Source of the DNA: an uncultured Planctomycetota bacterium
GTDB lineage: Bacteria; Planctomycetota; Planctomycetia; Isosphaerales; Isosphaeraceae
Assembly (NCBI GenBank): GCA_963845755.1
Contig: CAWJTV010000024.1
Location: forward strand, 96,001-160,000
Length of the DNA stretch: 64,000 nt
Direction of reading: 5' to 3'
Shown here: piece by piece, positions 43,853-58,700 of the stretch
Numbering within the stretch: position 1 is the stretch's first letter
How the letters are laid out: each line of letters opens with the position of its first letter
Program-made: the position numbers and the translations under genes
Notes under the pieces: model-generated
What the model was told of the DNA's origin: nothing
Databases searched by the model: none
The model's input: the letters and a program-made list of their open reading frames with translations, nothing else

Positions 43853-46800
43853 ATGGGTATGGGAGCGTGGGGCGGCCGGCTTCGAGGGCACCGAGGTCGG
43901 ATTCAGCCGAAGTCGCGGCTCAAGGAGGCCCGGAAGGCGCAGGCGCGATGGGGCGAGCTGGAGAGTCTGGAGCAGCGAACGCTCCTGGCCACAATCCCGG
44001 GGGCGACGGTCAGTCCGACCGCGTCCGGCCCCCAGAACATCTCGAACCTGTTCGGCAATGCCGGCGGCATGAACGCCAGCGAGAGCAGCGCGCTGGTGGC
44101 GGTGGATCCGGCCAATCCGACGAAGCTGGTGGCGGTCTGGATCGACAATGATCCGTCGGAGCTGCCCCTCACGAACAACTACATCCAGGTGGTGCTGGAG
44201 GGGGCGTATTCGGTCAACGGCGGCCAGAGCTGGCTCCCGTTCCTGGGCGAGCCGACCAACGGGTCTGGCATTCCCGTCGCCCCCTTGCTGTTCGACCCCA
44301 CGACCTCCGGGCCGACCCACCCCTACCAGTACCAGACGGATCCCAGCCTGGGATTCGACGACAGCGGTAACTTCTACATCCTCGACGAGTATCACAGTGC
44401 CGCCACGGCCGGCGCGTCGGGCAGCGGCGCAATCGCGCTCCAGAAGTTCACCTTCACCGGATCCACGCCTTCGGCAGACGCGTTCTCCGGTAACGATCAG
44501 ACTCCGAATCCTTACGGGTTTGGTGGCTTCGGGGGGGGGACCGCCGACCTGAAGGTCCTCTACCAGTGGGACTCGACATCCGATGACCTGGCGATCGAGC
44601 CGACGATGACGGTGGATGACAATGTGGCGACCGCTCCCACCGGCGTGACGACGCAGCCGGATGCGTTCAGCGGCGACGTCTACGTCGCGTGGACGAGCGT
44701 CAACCACAACACGGCGATTCCGATCGTGGATTTCAACCCCAACCGGATCAAGCTGGAGGTCTCCTCGGACGGCGGGAACAATTTCAGCCCGCTGACGATC
44801 ACGGGGAACGGGAACTTCCTGGACGACTTCCTCGTGCCGAATGAGAAGGATTCGACCCCGGCGATCACGGTCGCCCAGGGGCGGCTGCCCAACGAGAGCG
44901 GCCAGTCCGGCGATGCGGGGATCCCCGGCGGCCAGGTCGCGATCACCTTCGACGACTTCGGCAACAACCAGATCGTGGCCAACACGGTGTCTGCCGGCCG
45001 CGATTACTCGTACGGCGGCGAATCCGGGCTCATCCCGTTCGGGACCTACCTCACGGGAGGCACCGCGTTCGGGCTGCAGACGCCGGTCTCGATCCCCAAC
45101 ACCACCGACCTGAATAGTCTCGAGGTCACGGTCAACATCGTCAACTCCAGCGATGCGGACCTGGGGCTCTACCTGGAAGCTCCCAGCGGCGACCTGTTCG
45201 AGCTGGTCGACAACCAGACCATCGACACCAGTCCCACGGCGAGCACGAGCATCACCAGCGAGGGATTCAGCGGCGGCAACGTCGGGGTCGTCACTTACAC
45301 CAACAACAACATCGCCAGTTACGCGATGGGGACGACGTTCGCCGACACCGCGACGCGCGACATCTTCGACCCCACCACCAGCGGCACGAACGGGAATACC
45401 GCGCCGTACATCGGCCAGTACGCGCCGGAGTTTGGCGGGACCCAGCCGCCGGGCGTGAGGGCCACCTCGGGGTCGCTCGACGGGTTCCTCCAGCAGGAAT
45501 TGGCCAAGGGCATCAACGGCACGTGGAAACTGGTGACCTTCGACTCCAACACCAGCGCACCGTCCAGCCCGAATTTCATCATCAACTGGTCGCTGACCTT
45601 CGGCCGGGGGCTGTCGCCGGACGTCCGCACCCTCGTTCCCGCCACTAAAGGGCTGGTGGTCGCCGGCTCGGTCACGGCCTCGGGCACGGTCACGGAGCCG
45701 TCCTCGCCGGTCGCCATCGGCCCCGGCGTGGTCATGACCGAGGACAACACGCTGGGCCAGAACAGCCCCTTCGAGGGGCGGATCTACGTCGCGTTCGTCG
45801 GCTATTACAACGTCAAGATCGACGGCTTCCAGAACCCCGCGAGCAACACCGACATCTTCCTGAGCTATTCCGATGACGATGGCCGGAGCTGGAGCGAGCC
45901 GGTCCAGGTCAACGACGACAATGGGCAGTCCGACGGCAACTCCGGGTCGAGCGAGATCAATCCCTTCGACCAGGTGAGCGGCCACAGCCAGTACGATCCG
46001 CAGCTCGCCGTGGACCCGACGACCGGGACGCTGGTGATCTCCTGGCGCGACGCCCGCAACGATCCCGCGAACGTCCTGACGTCAACCTACATCACCGCCA
46101 GTATCGACGGTGGCAACACGTTCAACGCCCAGGTCTACGCCAACCCGCAGTTAACCGCGATCGACGCCATCACCGGCAAGACCGACGTCCTGGGGCCGGA
46201 GGGCGACAACGCAACGGCGACGGACAACAGCGTGAATGCCACCTACGGCTTCGGCACCGTGATGGGGCTGGCCGTCTACGCCGGCCAGGTCTATCCGCTC
46301 TGGGCCGGCAACTTCGACGAGGCCACGATCGTCAATAGTGCCGCGGCCGGCAATGCCCTGTCGGCCATGTTCCAGCCGATGGTCATCGCCGCCGGCCCGC
46401 GGATCGTCAACAGCACCATGGGGCCGATCCCGCTGTCGGAGGCCAAGAGCGGCCAGGTCAGCTTCACCGTCACGTTCGACCGGCCGATCAATCCGCCGGG
46501 CATCGCCGCATCCTTCACCACGTCCGACATCCAGGTCTTCTACCACGATACCACCAACGGCGACGCCTCCATCCCGCTCGATGTGCTCAGCATCTCGCCG
46601 GTGATCTCCAGCGGCGTCGGGCCGGGGAACAAGTTCGGCTACACCGAGTTCACGGTCGTCTTCGACCCCGCCAAGGTGACCGGCGGCGGCGCCAGCGGCA
46701 TCGCGAATTACACGGGCACCTACAGCTACATGATCACGCCCGACGACGAAGCGGGCGACCCGATCGTGTCGGCGATCCCCTCGTTCGTCATCACCGACGT

Positions 46801-49800
46801 CACCCAGCAGCCCGTCGGCCCCGACTCGTCGGGAACCGTGGATCTGCGGCTCCCCAGCTCGGGCACGGGCGGGTCGAACACCTCCGACGATATCACGACC
46901 TCGACGATCAACGTCGCGGGCTTCGCCAACCAGATCATCACGGGGGTCACGGTCAACCTGACGCTGACGCATCAGAACGACAGCGACCTGGAGATCACCC
47001 TGACGGCGCCCGACGGCCAGGCGAACACCTTCTACACGGGCACGTTCAACGGCCCGGTGACGTTCAACAACCAGGCGTTCAACGTCAACGGCCTGGCGGG
47101 CAGTCGGGTCGGCGGCACCTACACGCTGACCATCGACGATACGGCGTCCAACAACACCGGCACGCTGGATAGCTGGACGGTCACCATCGACTCGACGCTG
47201 CCGACCTACGGGTTGGTGGCCGGCGCCCCGATGGACCAGAACGCCGACGGCACGGCCGACCAGAACCCGCTCACGATCCCGTTCACCGGGCTGACCCCGG
47301 GCGACGTCTACGCGGCGCCCGCCCCGGCCCCGACCAAGAAGGTCACCTTCTCGAACGCCGCGAGCATCCTCAACCCGCCGTTCAACCAGAACACCCTGCC
47401 GCTGAGCGTCCCCGGTCCGCAGATCCTGTCCACCACCGTCGTCGGCACTTCGGGGCAGACCACCAGCGGCGCGTACGGCAGCGCCAACCTGGTGACCGAC
47501 GATACGACCAGCAAGATGCAGGTGACCTTCGACCGGCCGATGCTGGTCAACGCCGCCGGCGCCGGCCAGACGCCCACTCCCGGCTCGTTCAACCCCGGCC
47601 AGGTCCTGTCGATCATGGGCCCGTTGGGCTCGATCCTGGCGCCGCAGAGCTTCGCCTCCAGCTCGGCGGACCAGCAGGTCAACGCCGCGACCTCGCCCAC
47701 CGCCCCCGGCACCCTCAACTCGTCGCTGACGATCAATTCCGGCGGGACCCTCCAGATCGCCGACATCACCGTGGACCTGAGCATCGCGACCACCGCGGAT
47801 TCCGCGCTCACGGCGGTCCTGGTCGCGCCGAACGGGACGACGATCCCGCTGTTCTCGGGCGTGGGCGGCGGCGCCGGCCAGAACTTCATCAACACCGTCT
47901 TCGACGACTCGGCGCCGACGGCCATCAATACGGGGACGGCCCCGTTCACGGGGAGCTACACGCCCGAGTACACCCTCAACTCGGCCACGCTCACCAGCCT
48001 GAAAGGCATGGTCGCCGACGGCACCTGGCAGCTCAAGCTCACCAACACCAACACCGGGGTCACCGCCACGCTCGACACCTGGTCGTTGAACATCACGCCG
48101 CAGGTCACGGTCGCGCCGGTGGCCGCGACCGAGAGCACGATCAACGGGAAGAAGTACGCCACCGAGTTCACCATCGCCTTCCCGCAGCAGCAGCTCAGCG
48201 GTACCTACACCATCCAGCTCGGCCCGAACATCCAGGACCAGTACGGCGACCAGATGGACGTCAATCAGGACGCGGGCCTCGACGTGCTCCGCGGCCAGAG
48301 CCAGAATGGCCCGACGGCCACGGTCTCGTACGTCGCCTCCGATCTGCCCAAGACGGTCTCCAAGGCGTCGACCAGCTCATCGGGCACGGCCGTCGACGGG
48401 CAGGTCGCATCGAGCATCGTCGTGCCCGACAGCTTCGTCATCCAGGGGGATGCGACCTCGTCCCAGATCAGCGGGATGCAGCTCCAGCTCAACATCTCCT
48501 TCGCGAACGATCCCTCCCTCACGGCCACGCTCTACCATTACGACGCCCAGGGCGACCTGATCGGCCAGGCGACGCTGTTCAACGGCGTGGGGACCGGCAC
48601 CAATACGGCGGGTTTCGCCAATACCATCTTCGACGACAACGCGCCCACGCCGATCCAGGAAGGTAGCGCACCGTTCGCCTTCAGCTACAACCCCCAGCAG
48701 TCGCTGGCCACGGCCTTCGCCGGCATGAACGCCCAGGGGACCTGGACGCTGGTCGTTCAGAACGCGTCGAATTCGGTCACGGGCACGGTCAATAACTGGT
48801 CGCTGAGCTTCCAGAAGCCGCTGCCGACCAGCGGGCTGGGCGAGCCGGGCAGCGACGACGCCAGCCTCGGCTTCCGCATCTTCACCCTGAGCCCGACCAG
48901 CGCCCTGTCGAGCCAGGCCTGGACGGCGGTCGGCGGCGCCTCCAGCACCGTCGAGGCCGGCCAGGTGAACGCCATTGCGGTGGACCCGTCCGACCCGTCC
49001 GGAAACACCGTCTACGTCGGCGGTGCCTCCGGCGGCATCTGGAAGACCACCGACTTCCTCACCACCAACCCCGCCGGGCCGACCTGGATCCCCTGACCAA
49101 CTTCGGTCCCAACGCCGCCATCAACATCGCCAGCATCACCGTCTTCCCCAGGAACGCCGACCCCAATCAGTCGATCATCATCGCCGCCACCGGCGGCAAT
49201 ACCAGCGGCCAGTACGCCTCGGACGCGCCCGGCGTCGGCTTCCTGATCTCCTCCGACGGGGGTGCCACCTGGAAGCTGGACGACAGCACGAACAACGTCG
49301 ACTCCAGCGGCAACCCGCTGCCCATCAACTCCACCAGTCGCGATCGCAAGTTCGTCGGCACCACGGCGTACCAGGTCACCGTCGACCCCCAGCTCACCCC
49401 CAACGGCGGCGTGATCATCTATGCCGCCTTGAGCGGGACCAACGGCGGCATCTGGCGGAGCGAGGACACGGGCCAGACCTGGACGCAGGTGCTGACCGGC
49501 AACGCGACCGCCGTCGTCCTGGACCAGGACAGCGGCCTCGCCCTCGACACGCTCACCCAGACCGAGGTCGAGGGGAACCTCCAGATCGTCTACGCCGGGA
49601 TCGAGGGCCAGGGCGTCTTCATCAGCACCAACCAGGGCCAGAGCTGGACCCTGATGGCCGGCGGCGTTGGCAATCCGCTGATCATCAACCTTTACAACGG
49701 GAAGAACGTCAACCCGGCCACCAACCCGACCCCCAACGGTGCCAACGGCCGGATCGTCCTGGCCGTCCCGTCGTTGACCGGCAATACCGCGGAGGACGAG

Positions 49801-52800
49801 ACCTACGCGGGCTGGCTCTACGCGGGGGTCGCCACCGCCGGCGGCGGATTTGACGGCCTGTTCGTCACCAAGGACTTCGGCGAGAACTGGACCCAGATCG
49901 AGATCCCCAGCTTCGCTCCGATCACCAACGGCGGCGTGTACAACCAGGCCGTCCCGACCCAGCTCGGCGACGTGAACGCCCCTCCGGGCGGCACGCCCAA
50001 TTACGCGATCACCGACGATGGCGAAGGCAACCTGGACTTCAGCCTGACCATCGATCCGACCGATCCCAGCGTCACCTACCTGGGAGGCTTCGGCGGCGAC
50101 GGGTACAACAGCGACAGTGGGCTGATCCGCATCGACTCCACCAATCTCCAGGATGCCCACTCGCTGGTATCGCCCCTCGACCAGACTCCGGGCCACGGCG
50201 TGGACATCGGCACGACCGGGGCGACCACGTTCAATACCGTCCTGAATCAGCCGTTGATCTTCCCCCCGCCGAACTTCAACTTCGACTCCAACCCCTACCT
50301 GAACCTGATCCGCAACCCGAACGAGCCGTTCCTGAACGATGCGACCATCGAGGTCAACAATTACAACACCTTCACCAACACCGGCGGCGGCGCCACCTGG
50401 ACGCCGTTCGACGTCCCCATAACCTCCGTGTTCGTCGCGCCGGGGTCGAATAACGAAATCTCCGGGACGGGCTACCAGATCGCCATCTCCGAGGTCAACC
50501 CGACGACCGGGCTGCCACGACTGCTCTTCGGCAGCAATACCGGGATCTACAGCGTCCTGGACAACAAGGGGACGTTCGAGACCACCATCGGCAGCTCGGA
50601 TGCGACGCCCGCGGTCAATCGCAACGGCAACCTCCAGCTCGCCCAGTTCTATTACGGCGCGGCCGAGCCGAGCAGCGCGGCCGCCCAGGCCGCCGGCGCC
50701 CTCTTCTACGCCGGCGCCCAGAACATCGGCGGCCAGGCTTCGGACGCGCTCGAGGTGGGCGACGGCAATATCCAGTGGAGCACCATCGGCCTGGGCGTTC
50801 CCGGTTACAGCGCGGACGCCGCTTTGGACCCGCTGGGCGGCACCTTCTGGATCGCCTCCGGCACCGCGGTCGACGAGCAAGGGAGCGGCGACGCCTTCCA
50901 GTACTATTCGCCCGGCCAGGGGGGCGACTCTACCGATTTCGTCATGGTCAACGGCATCAGCCGGACCTTCGGGCTGCTCCAGGCCAGCAATGGCCTGCCC
51001 GCCCCCGATCCGCAGTGGACGATCACCGGCGATGAGAGTGCCCCCACGAGCTGGGCGAACCTCATCGTCAACCCGGTCAACGACCAGGACATGCTCGTCA
51101 GCTCGAGCACCGGCAACGTCTTCGAAACGACGAACCAGGGCAATACCTGGTTCCCCCTCGGCACCCCGGCAACCTTCGGGCTGCCGACGACGGCGACCGG
51201 CGCCCACTTCAATACCAGTTTCGCCCTGGCCTATGGCGCCCCCGACCCCCAGGCTCCGGAGGGCGTCGGCAACCTCGGCAACTTCATCTACGTCGGCACC
51301 TCGCCGAACAGCGCGGGCACCGCGGGCCAGATCTACGTCACGCAGAATGCCGGCGGCAACTGGACGAACATCTCCACGGGCCTCGACGGTTCCCGCATCC
51401 AGGAAATCATCACCGACCCCGCCCGGGGCAGCCACGACGCCTACGCCGTCACCGCCCAGGGCGTCTATTACCTGGCCAACTCGATCACCTCGGCCACCAA
51501 TCCCACTCCGACCTGGGTCAACATCACCGGCAACCTCAAGACCCTGGCCTACACCATCTTCGGCCAGAGCTACAATCCGGCGACCGACACGAACGCCACG
51601 ACATATGACCTGGCGACGGTCCTCAACTCGATCGCGGCCAACTGGAATTACGCCATCCCCAATAATCCGCAGGCGCTCAGCCAGGGATACCATCCGGTCC
51701 TCTACGTCGCCGCCAACTCGGGCGTCTACATGTCCATCGACAACGGGACGACCTGGAGCCTCTACCCCAGCACGACCTTCGGCGCGGTGGCCAATGGCGG
51801 TTATCTGCCGGACGTCAGCGTCACCGACCTGAGCCTCTCGCAGGGCAACGTCGCCGTGGCCACGGGGATGCCCAACCTGGGCGGCCCCTACAACCCGGAG
51901 GATCCTAGTTCCACGGCCGACCCCGACCTCTTGATGGCCTCCACTTACGGCCAGGGTGCCTTCGCCATCAACCTGGCCCCGATGCTGTTCAACACCCCCA
52001 CCAACCCGGTGCAGGTCAACTCGAGCGATACGGGGGGGACCACCGCCAACGGCACCACGATCGTCAACACCTCCTCGCCCATCATCGACGGCTCCAGCGA
52101 GACCTCCGGATTCGGCAACGCCACCTGGGTCTCGATCGTGGACGAGACGCCGGGCGACACGACCAAGGGCCAGATCATCGGCGGGTTCAACCCCCAGACG
52201 ACCGTGCTCGGCAAGGCGAACTCGGCCAATGCGACCAACTCGACCGACTCCTTCGGCAACTTCAAGATCCCGGTCTCGACCGCGTTCAACTCGAACGGCC
52301 TGAAGACGGTCGAGGTCTACACCACCGACGATGCGGGGGCCGAGAGCACCAAGGTCACCCTCACCTTCATGGTCCAGGCGACCAACATCATCCCGCCTCC
52401 GCCGACGACGCCTCCGCCGTCGCCCACGCTGGCGCTCTCGCCGTCCTTGTCCCTGGTCGGCGGGGTCCCGATCACCAGCAACACGTCCCCGACGTTGACC
52501 GGCACGACCATCCTCGGGACGTTCGTCACGATCACCGAGACCTACGAGAACGGCACCACCAACCCCACCATGACGTTCGTCGTGCCGTCCTCGGATATCA
52601 ACACCGACGGCTCGTTCAGCTTCACCTTCGAGGATTTCACGGACACGAACGGTAACCCGCTCGAGAACGGGAACTTCGAGGTCTCCGCCACGGCGACGTA
52701 TTCGGTCGATCCCCATCATGTCGGCGCATCCGCCCCGAGCAACACCTTCACCGGCACGCTGACCAGCGGATCGGCGAGCGTCACCGGCGTCAGCAGCACG

Positions 52801-55062
52801 GCGGGCCTGGCCCCCGGGGATGTGGTCACCGGGACCGGCATCCCGTCCGGGACCACGATCCTGTCCGTCAACAGCCTGACCTCCACCGTCACGCTCTCGG
52901 CCAATGCCACGACCACCGGCTCGGAGAATCTCCTGGCCGCGGTCTTCTTCGAGATCGACAACACGAAGCCGACTCCGGTGACCAACCTCCACCTGAACCC
53001 GGCCGACGATACCGGGATCGTGGGGGACAACGTCACCACCGACCGGACGCCCCAATTCATCGGGACGGCCCCGGCCGGCGACATCATCGAGCTGTTCGTC
53101 TCCAACCAGGCCGGCATCCAGAACACCGCGGTCGCCTCCGCCTCGACCACGAATAACTTCGCGATCGCGTTGCCTCACAGCCTGAGCGAGGGCCAGACCA
53201 CGGTGTACGTCGAAGTGGTCGATCCGGCCGGGAACGTCTCCCAGGCCAGCAATGACCTGACCGTGGCGATCACCTCGACCCCGGTCGACTACATCGCCTC
53301 CACGACCGCCGATCCCACGGGTGGCAGCACGTCCGACCCGGCGCTGTTCACCCGCAACACGACGACCGGCCAGCTCCAGTGGCTGGTGCAGACCCCGACG
53401 GGGGCAACCCCGCCCTGGTTCGGCGCCAGCGGCACCCTCACCTCCGCGGGACCCGGCACGGTCCAGGTCGTCCCGTTCTACGGCGACTTCGACGCCGATG
53501 GGCTGACCGACCTGGCCTATTACAACACCAGTACCGCGACCTGGACGATCGACGAGTCGTCGAGGTACCAGCCCTTCACGTTCACCGGCACCCTGACGAG
53601 CGGATCGGCGACGGTGACCGGCATCAGCAGTACAACGGGCCTGACGATCGGCCAGGACCTCGCCGGCACCGGCATCCCGGCCGGGACCACGATCCTGAGC
53701 GTCAACCCCCTGACCAACACCATCACGCTCTCGGCGAGCGCGACGGCCAGCGGCTCCAATAACCTCACCGCCACCGAGCCCCCCGTCTCGTTCACGATAG
53801 GCACCCCGAATTCGAGCGTCCCCGTGGTGGGCAACTTCGACACCAACGGCCCGACCGAGACCGCCGTGTTCACGATCAACGGCCAGGGTCAAGGCGTCTG
53901 GACCATCAACAGCGCCCTCACGGGCACCTACACTGTGGCCTTCGGCCAGGCCGGCGACATCCCCGTGCCCGGCGACTACGACGCGATCGGTCACGACGAG
54001 GTCGCGGTCTATCGGCCCAGTACCGGCCAGTTCCTGGTGCTCAACCCCGTCACCAACACCACCGAGACCCTCAGTATTCCCGGGATCAGCACCGGAGTGT
54101 CCGGCTCTTCGTCGTCGCCGGACCTCAGCAGCCTCGTTCCCGTCCCCGGCCAGTACGACAATCTGGCCTATTACAACGCATCGGCCCTGCAGGGCCAGCA
54201 TGTGCCGATCTTCGGGCACACCGAAGCGGCCGTGTTCGACCCCAAGACCGGGGTGTTCACCATCCTCGGGCCCGCCGGCGACCACAGCACCAGTGGCGTG
54301 TACACGGTCTCCGGGTTCCAGACCGGCGTCATCCCGGCCGTGGCCGACTACCTGGGCACCGGCGAGGACCAGGTGGTCGCCTACCAGCCGAGAACGGGTC
54401 AATTCATCGAGGGAACCGTCGGCTCCAATGGACAGACGACGCTGACGACCCTCGCCACGCTGGGTCAGTCGGGCGACATCCCCGTGATCGCCCCGCTCTC
54501 CTATCGGCTGCCCGCCAATGGCATCGGCGGCTCGTCGGGCACCGGCTCGTCGGGCACCGGCTCCAGCGGCGGTGGCTCGACCAGCGGCGGCGGCTCGACC
54601 AGCGGCGGTGGCTCGACCAGCGGCGGTGGCTCGACCAGCGGCGGCGGCTCGACCAGCGGCGGCGGCTCGACCAGCGGCGGTGGCTCGACCAGCGGCGGCG
54701 GCTCGACCAGCGGCGGCGGCTCGACCAGCGGCGGCGGCTCGACGTCATCGGGGCAGAGCACGCCCACACCCGCTGCCGCGCCCACTCCCGTGTCTGCCTC
54801 GAAGCACCACAAGAAGGTGGTGACGAAGAAGGCACACCCGAAGCATCCGGTCAAGCCCAAGAAGGTCGTGAAGCCCCATGCGAAGAAGGAGGCGCACCCT
54901 GTCAAGAAGGTGCACGTGGCTCCGACCGTGAAGCACAAGGCCGTCAAGCCTGCGGCCGTGACCGACGGCCAGGCGTCGCAACGGGCCCATGTGGTGGATC
55001 TGGCCCTGCAGGACGTCCACGTGAATCTACGCCGGTCGCACTCGAAGCATCACGGCGAGTGA
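43853..55062 (+). CDS. Giant (~3700 aa) secreted protein: LEPR-XLL leader, BNR/Asp-box propellers, proprotein-convertase P domains, Ig-like and FG-GAP-like repeats (frameshift ~49093)
   Basis: ESLEQRTLL; S.DGG..W/F boxes; four DL...L.AP.G..G.W.L..W.L-type modules; GDFD.DG..DLA; ORFs 43739..49096 and 49411..55062 join through one indel. Confidence 0.88.
54565..54744 (+). repeat. 18-bp tandem repeat x10 encoding (SGGGST)10
   Basis: AGCGGCGGYGGCTCGACC units. Confidence 0.95.
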
Positions 55063-55261
55063 GCCGAAGCCGGTGGAGGCCCGCGGGGGACCGGAACAGA
55101 GAACCCGCGGGCCCCCCGGCCGGGCATCAGGGCAGGGGGGGCGCCGCTCACCAAACGGCTTGCGAGGGCCGAAGACCTCGCGATAGAATCCGCTGACGGA
55201 TACATTGGTTAACGATGACCCATGATTCGGGGACGACGCACATGGCCGGTTTCGAGCCCGG

Positions 55262-55335
55262 ATGAAGAAGACTGGCGGCGCGACGGCCAGGCTTCACCTC
55301 GATCGAGCTCCTGGTAGTCATCGGCATCGCCGACG
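55262..55335 (+). pseudogene. Prepilin-type N-terminal cleavage motif remnant
   Basis: GGC TTC ACC TCG ATC GAG CTC CTG GTA GTC ATC GGC ATC = GFTSIELLVVIGI, with no intact ORF following. Confidence 0.55.
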
Positions 55336-55792
55336 GGCCGCCGGTCAATCACCAGGCAAGCTGTCGCATTCGTTCGACGACGTTCCGGCAGACGTGCGCG
55401 GCGCCCGCTGCCCCGAAGGCCGTCCCCCAAGTCAAGTTCGACGAAGCTCGGTAGAACCCGGGCAGTGAAGCGAAGCTGAACTCCTACGGGATCCCGATTC
55501 GGAGACCCGATCGACGAGGAACGACTTCCTCCGTGAAGATGCGGCGGTTCTTCCTCCTTCCCATCGAGCTTCGCAAGAAGCGACGTCGATCGGCGATGCT
55601 TCCAGGAAATCTCTGATTTTGCGCGCCCCGTTCGCCGGTCAAACGGCGCCTTCATGGGGTAGGGGACACTGCAATCTGACGAAGATTGTCCCGCGTGTGA
55701 GCGTACAGAATTCCGACCGGTGTCTTGGTAGGGGTCTGGACCAGGTTCTTTCTCATTACCGGCACACTCAAGCTGGACCGAATGGAACGACC

Positions 55793-58700
55793 ATGAACGG
55801 CATTCTTTCATCTCGGGATCGTCGGTTGTCGGAGGTTCCGTGTGACGCCCAGGGATCGCGGCGGAGACGAGCAGTCGGGCGTCGGCGTCAGCGCCTGGAC
55901 TTCGATCCGCTGGAATGCCGGCGGCTGTTGAGCATCTCCAATCCGGTCGCCCAGTTCCCGCTCCGAGGGTCCGGAGGCACGCCGGAGGCGGGCGCGTATG
56001 ACGGCAATGGGAACCTCTGGGTCCTGCTTTCGAACCAGAACATCGCGGAGGTTGGCGGGAGCGGTGCCCAGTACCATATCCCGACGTACGGCTCGCTCGG
56101 CGGTGCTCCGACCGGCAGCGAGCTGGGCCTGATCACCTACGACGCGGTCGACGGCAACCTCTGGTTCTACGAGACCAACAGCAACCAGTTCGGCAGCCTC
56201 AATCCGACGAGCGGCGCGATCAATGAGTACCCCGCGTTGGCCTTCGCGACGGACCCGTTGATCAAGCAGATCACGGCCGGTCCCGACGGGAACATCTGGT
56301 TCACCGAGCCGAACCTGAACCAGATCGGGATGTTCGACGTGACCACGGGCCAGATCAGCCAGTTCACGATGCCGGTGCCGGACACGCAGCCGCAGGGGAT
56401 CGTGGTGGGCGCGGACGGGAACCTCTATTTCACCGAAGGCGGCCTGAACAAGCTGGGCAGTCTGAACCCGTTTACCCACGTGCTCAACAACATTCCCTAC
56501 GAACTGCCCACCTACACCACCAATGACCAGGCCGAGGGGATCGCGACCGGGCCGAACAACACCATCTGGTTCGTGGAGACCGAGAACAACTCGGTCGTCG
56601 AATTCGACATTAAAACGCAGGCGTTCACGAAGCTGCATTACCCCGTTGCCCCCTTCGTCTACCCGACCCCTAACCCGCTCCCTAATCCTCCGGGACCCTC
56701 CGCCGGCCTCTTCTCGATCGCGGAGGGTCCGGATGGGAATATGTACTATACCGAACCATCCTATGGCTCGGAGATCGGAGTCTACGATCCGTCGAGCGGC
56801 GCCGCGAACTATATCGTGCCTGCGCCGATGCAGCCGGCGCCCAATCTGACGGGAGCCCTGATCGTGCCGGGCACCACGGGCACGACGGTTAATATCATCG
56901 ACCCCGCGAGTGGAGCGATCTCCAACTTCGGCACCCCCGTCAACATCGGCGCGACCCCGCCGCTCATGGTCCTCTTCACCGCCACGAGCGGCGCGACTGC
57001 CGCCGACGATGCGAATGATGTCATCAGCTTAGGGGGCGAAATTTACTATACCGACGACAACGATATCAACGGCGAGATCGGGGCGTTCGACCCGGCGACG
57101 CAGATCAACACCATGTTCCCTCTCCCGCCATATCCGACGACCCCACCGCCGCAGCAGGATCCCGGCCAGATGGCGGTGGACGACAACGGCAACATCTGGG
57201 TCACCGAGACGACCGTGAATGCGATCCAGGAGTTCAACCCCACGACCGGCTACGGCGGCACGATCGCCTTGACCACGCTCAGCAGCAACCCCACCGGGCT
57301 GAGCTGGGACAGCATCGAACAGCTCTTCTGGATCACCGAGCCCGGCGCCAACCAGATCGTCAGCTTCGACCCCAAGACCACCGGCAGCGCCGTCGCCCCG
57401 GTCCTGACCCCGAACCAGACGATCCAGGACCCGATCGACATCCTGGTCGATCCCTCGACCGGCTACCTGTGGATCAGCGAGGGATCGGCCGACAAGATCA
57501 TCGAGTACAGCCCGGAAAATGAACAGATTCTTTATTCTTACACCACCAAGGGCAGTCCCAATCAAATGGTGTGGGGCCCCGACGGCAACATCTGGTTCGG
57601 CGAATCGGGCGGCTACGTGGGGGTGTTGAAGCCCGGGACGGGGATCGTCACGGAGATCCCGGTGAGCGGGACGGCGAACTATCTGGCGGTCGCCCCCAGC
57701 ACCGACTCGAGTGGCCAGGCGATCTGGTTCACCGAGTCGGGCAGCAACCAGATCGGCGAGATCGACGTCAACTCCCAGTCGCTGGTGGGTTATGTGACGG
57801 CCCCGGATACCAACGCCCTCGCGATAGCGCTGGGCCCCGACGGCAACCTCTGGTTCAGCAGCGGGCAGGGCAATCCGGGCATGATGGGTGCCGTGGTGCT
57901 CAATCCCAACGACCTGGCCGGTAAGGTGGTCATCACGTCGCAGCCGCCGAACGTCGAGGAGACGATCTTCGGCGGGTTGACCTGGGGCTTCGGTACGACC
58001 GTGTCCATCGAGAGCGTGGGGGGCCAGACCCCCGACCCGTTCATCCAGGAGGGGACGATCACGATCGCGCTGGATAGCAATCCCGGCAATGACACGCTGG
58101 AGCCCTCCCCGGGCGAGTCGCTGACCGAGTCGGTGGTGGACGGTCAGGCGATCTTCGGCGGCATGACGATGGCGATTCCGGCGCAGGGGTATACGATCCA
58201 GGCGACGTACAGCCTGGGGTTGAACGCGCCGGTGACCCATCCGTTCGATGTGGCGGGCCAGCCGACGAAATTGATCGTGACCGAGCAGCCGACGCAACCT
58301 TCGCAACCGACGCCGCCCCCGATCGAGGTCCAGGCCGGCGTGACCTTTACCTTGACCGTCACCGCCGTGGACGCGCTGGGTTCGGTCGTGCCCAGCTTCG
58401 ACGACCCGGTGCTCCTGTCGATTGACAACAACCCTTCCCCCGGCAACGGCGTCCTGAACGGCACGAGTCCCGTGGGCGCCATCTTTGGAGTGGCGTTGTT
58501 CGACGACCTGACGATCGATCAGGCGGGTAACGGTTACACGCTCCAGGCGACCGACGACCAGGCCCAGGCGGCCACGGTCTTGCAGAACCCGGCGGCACCC
58601 GCGGTGACGTCTCCGTTCGACGTGGTCCCGGGCCCGGCGACGCAGTTGGTGTACGCGGCCACCGGCGAGCCGGTGGCGACGGCGACCGCGGGCCAGGATT

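Noticed and set aside
49012..54402. 1796-aa minus-strand ORF (also 23680-25761, 27060-28766, 43763-45985)
   Set aside because: Antisense shadows of GC-rich genes with biased codon use; no motifs.
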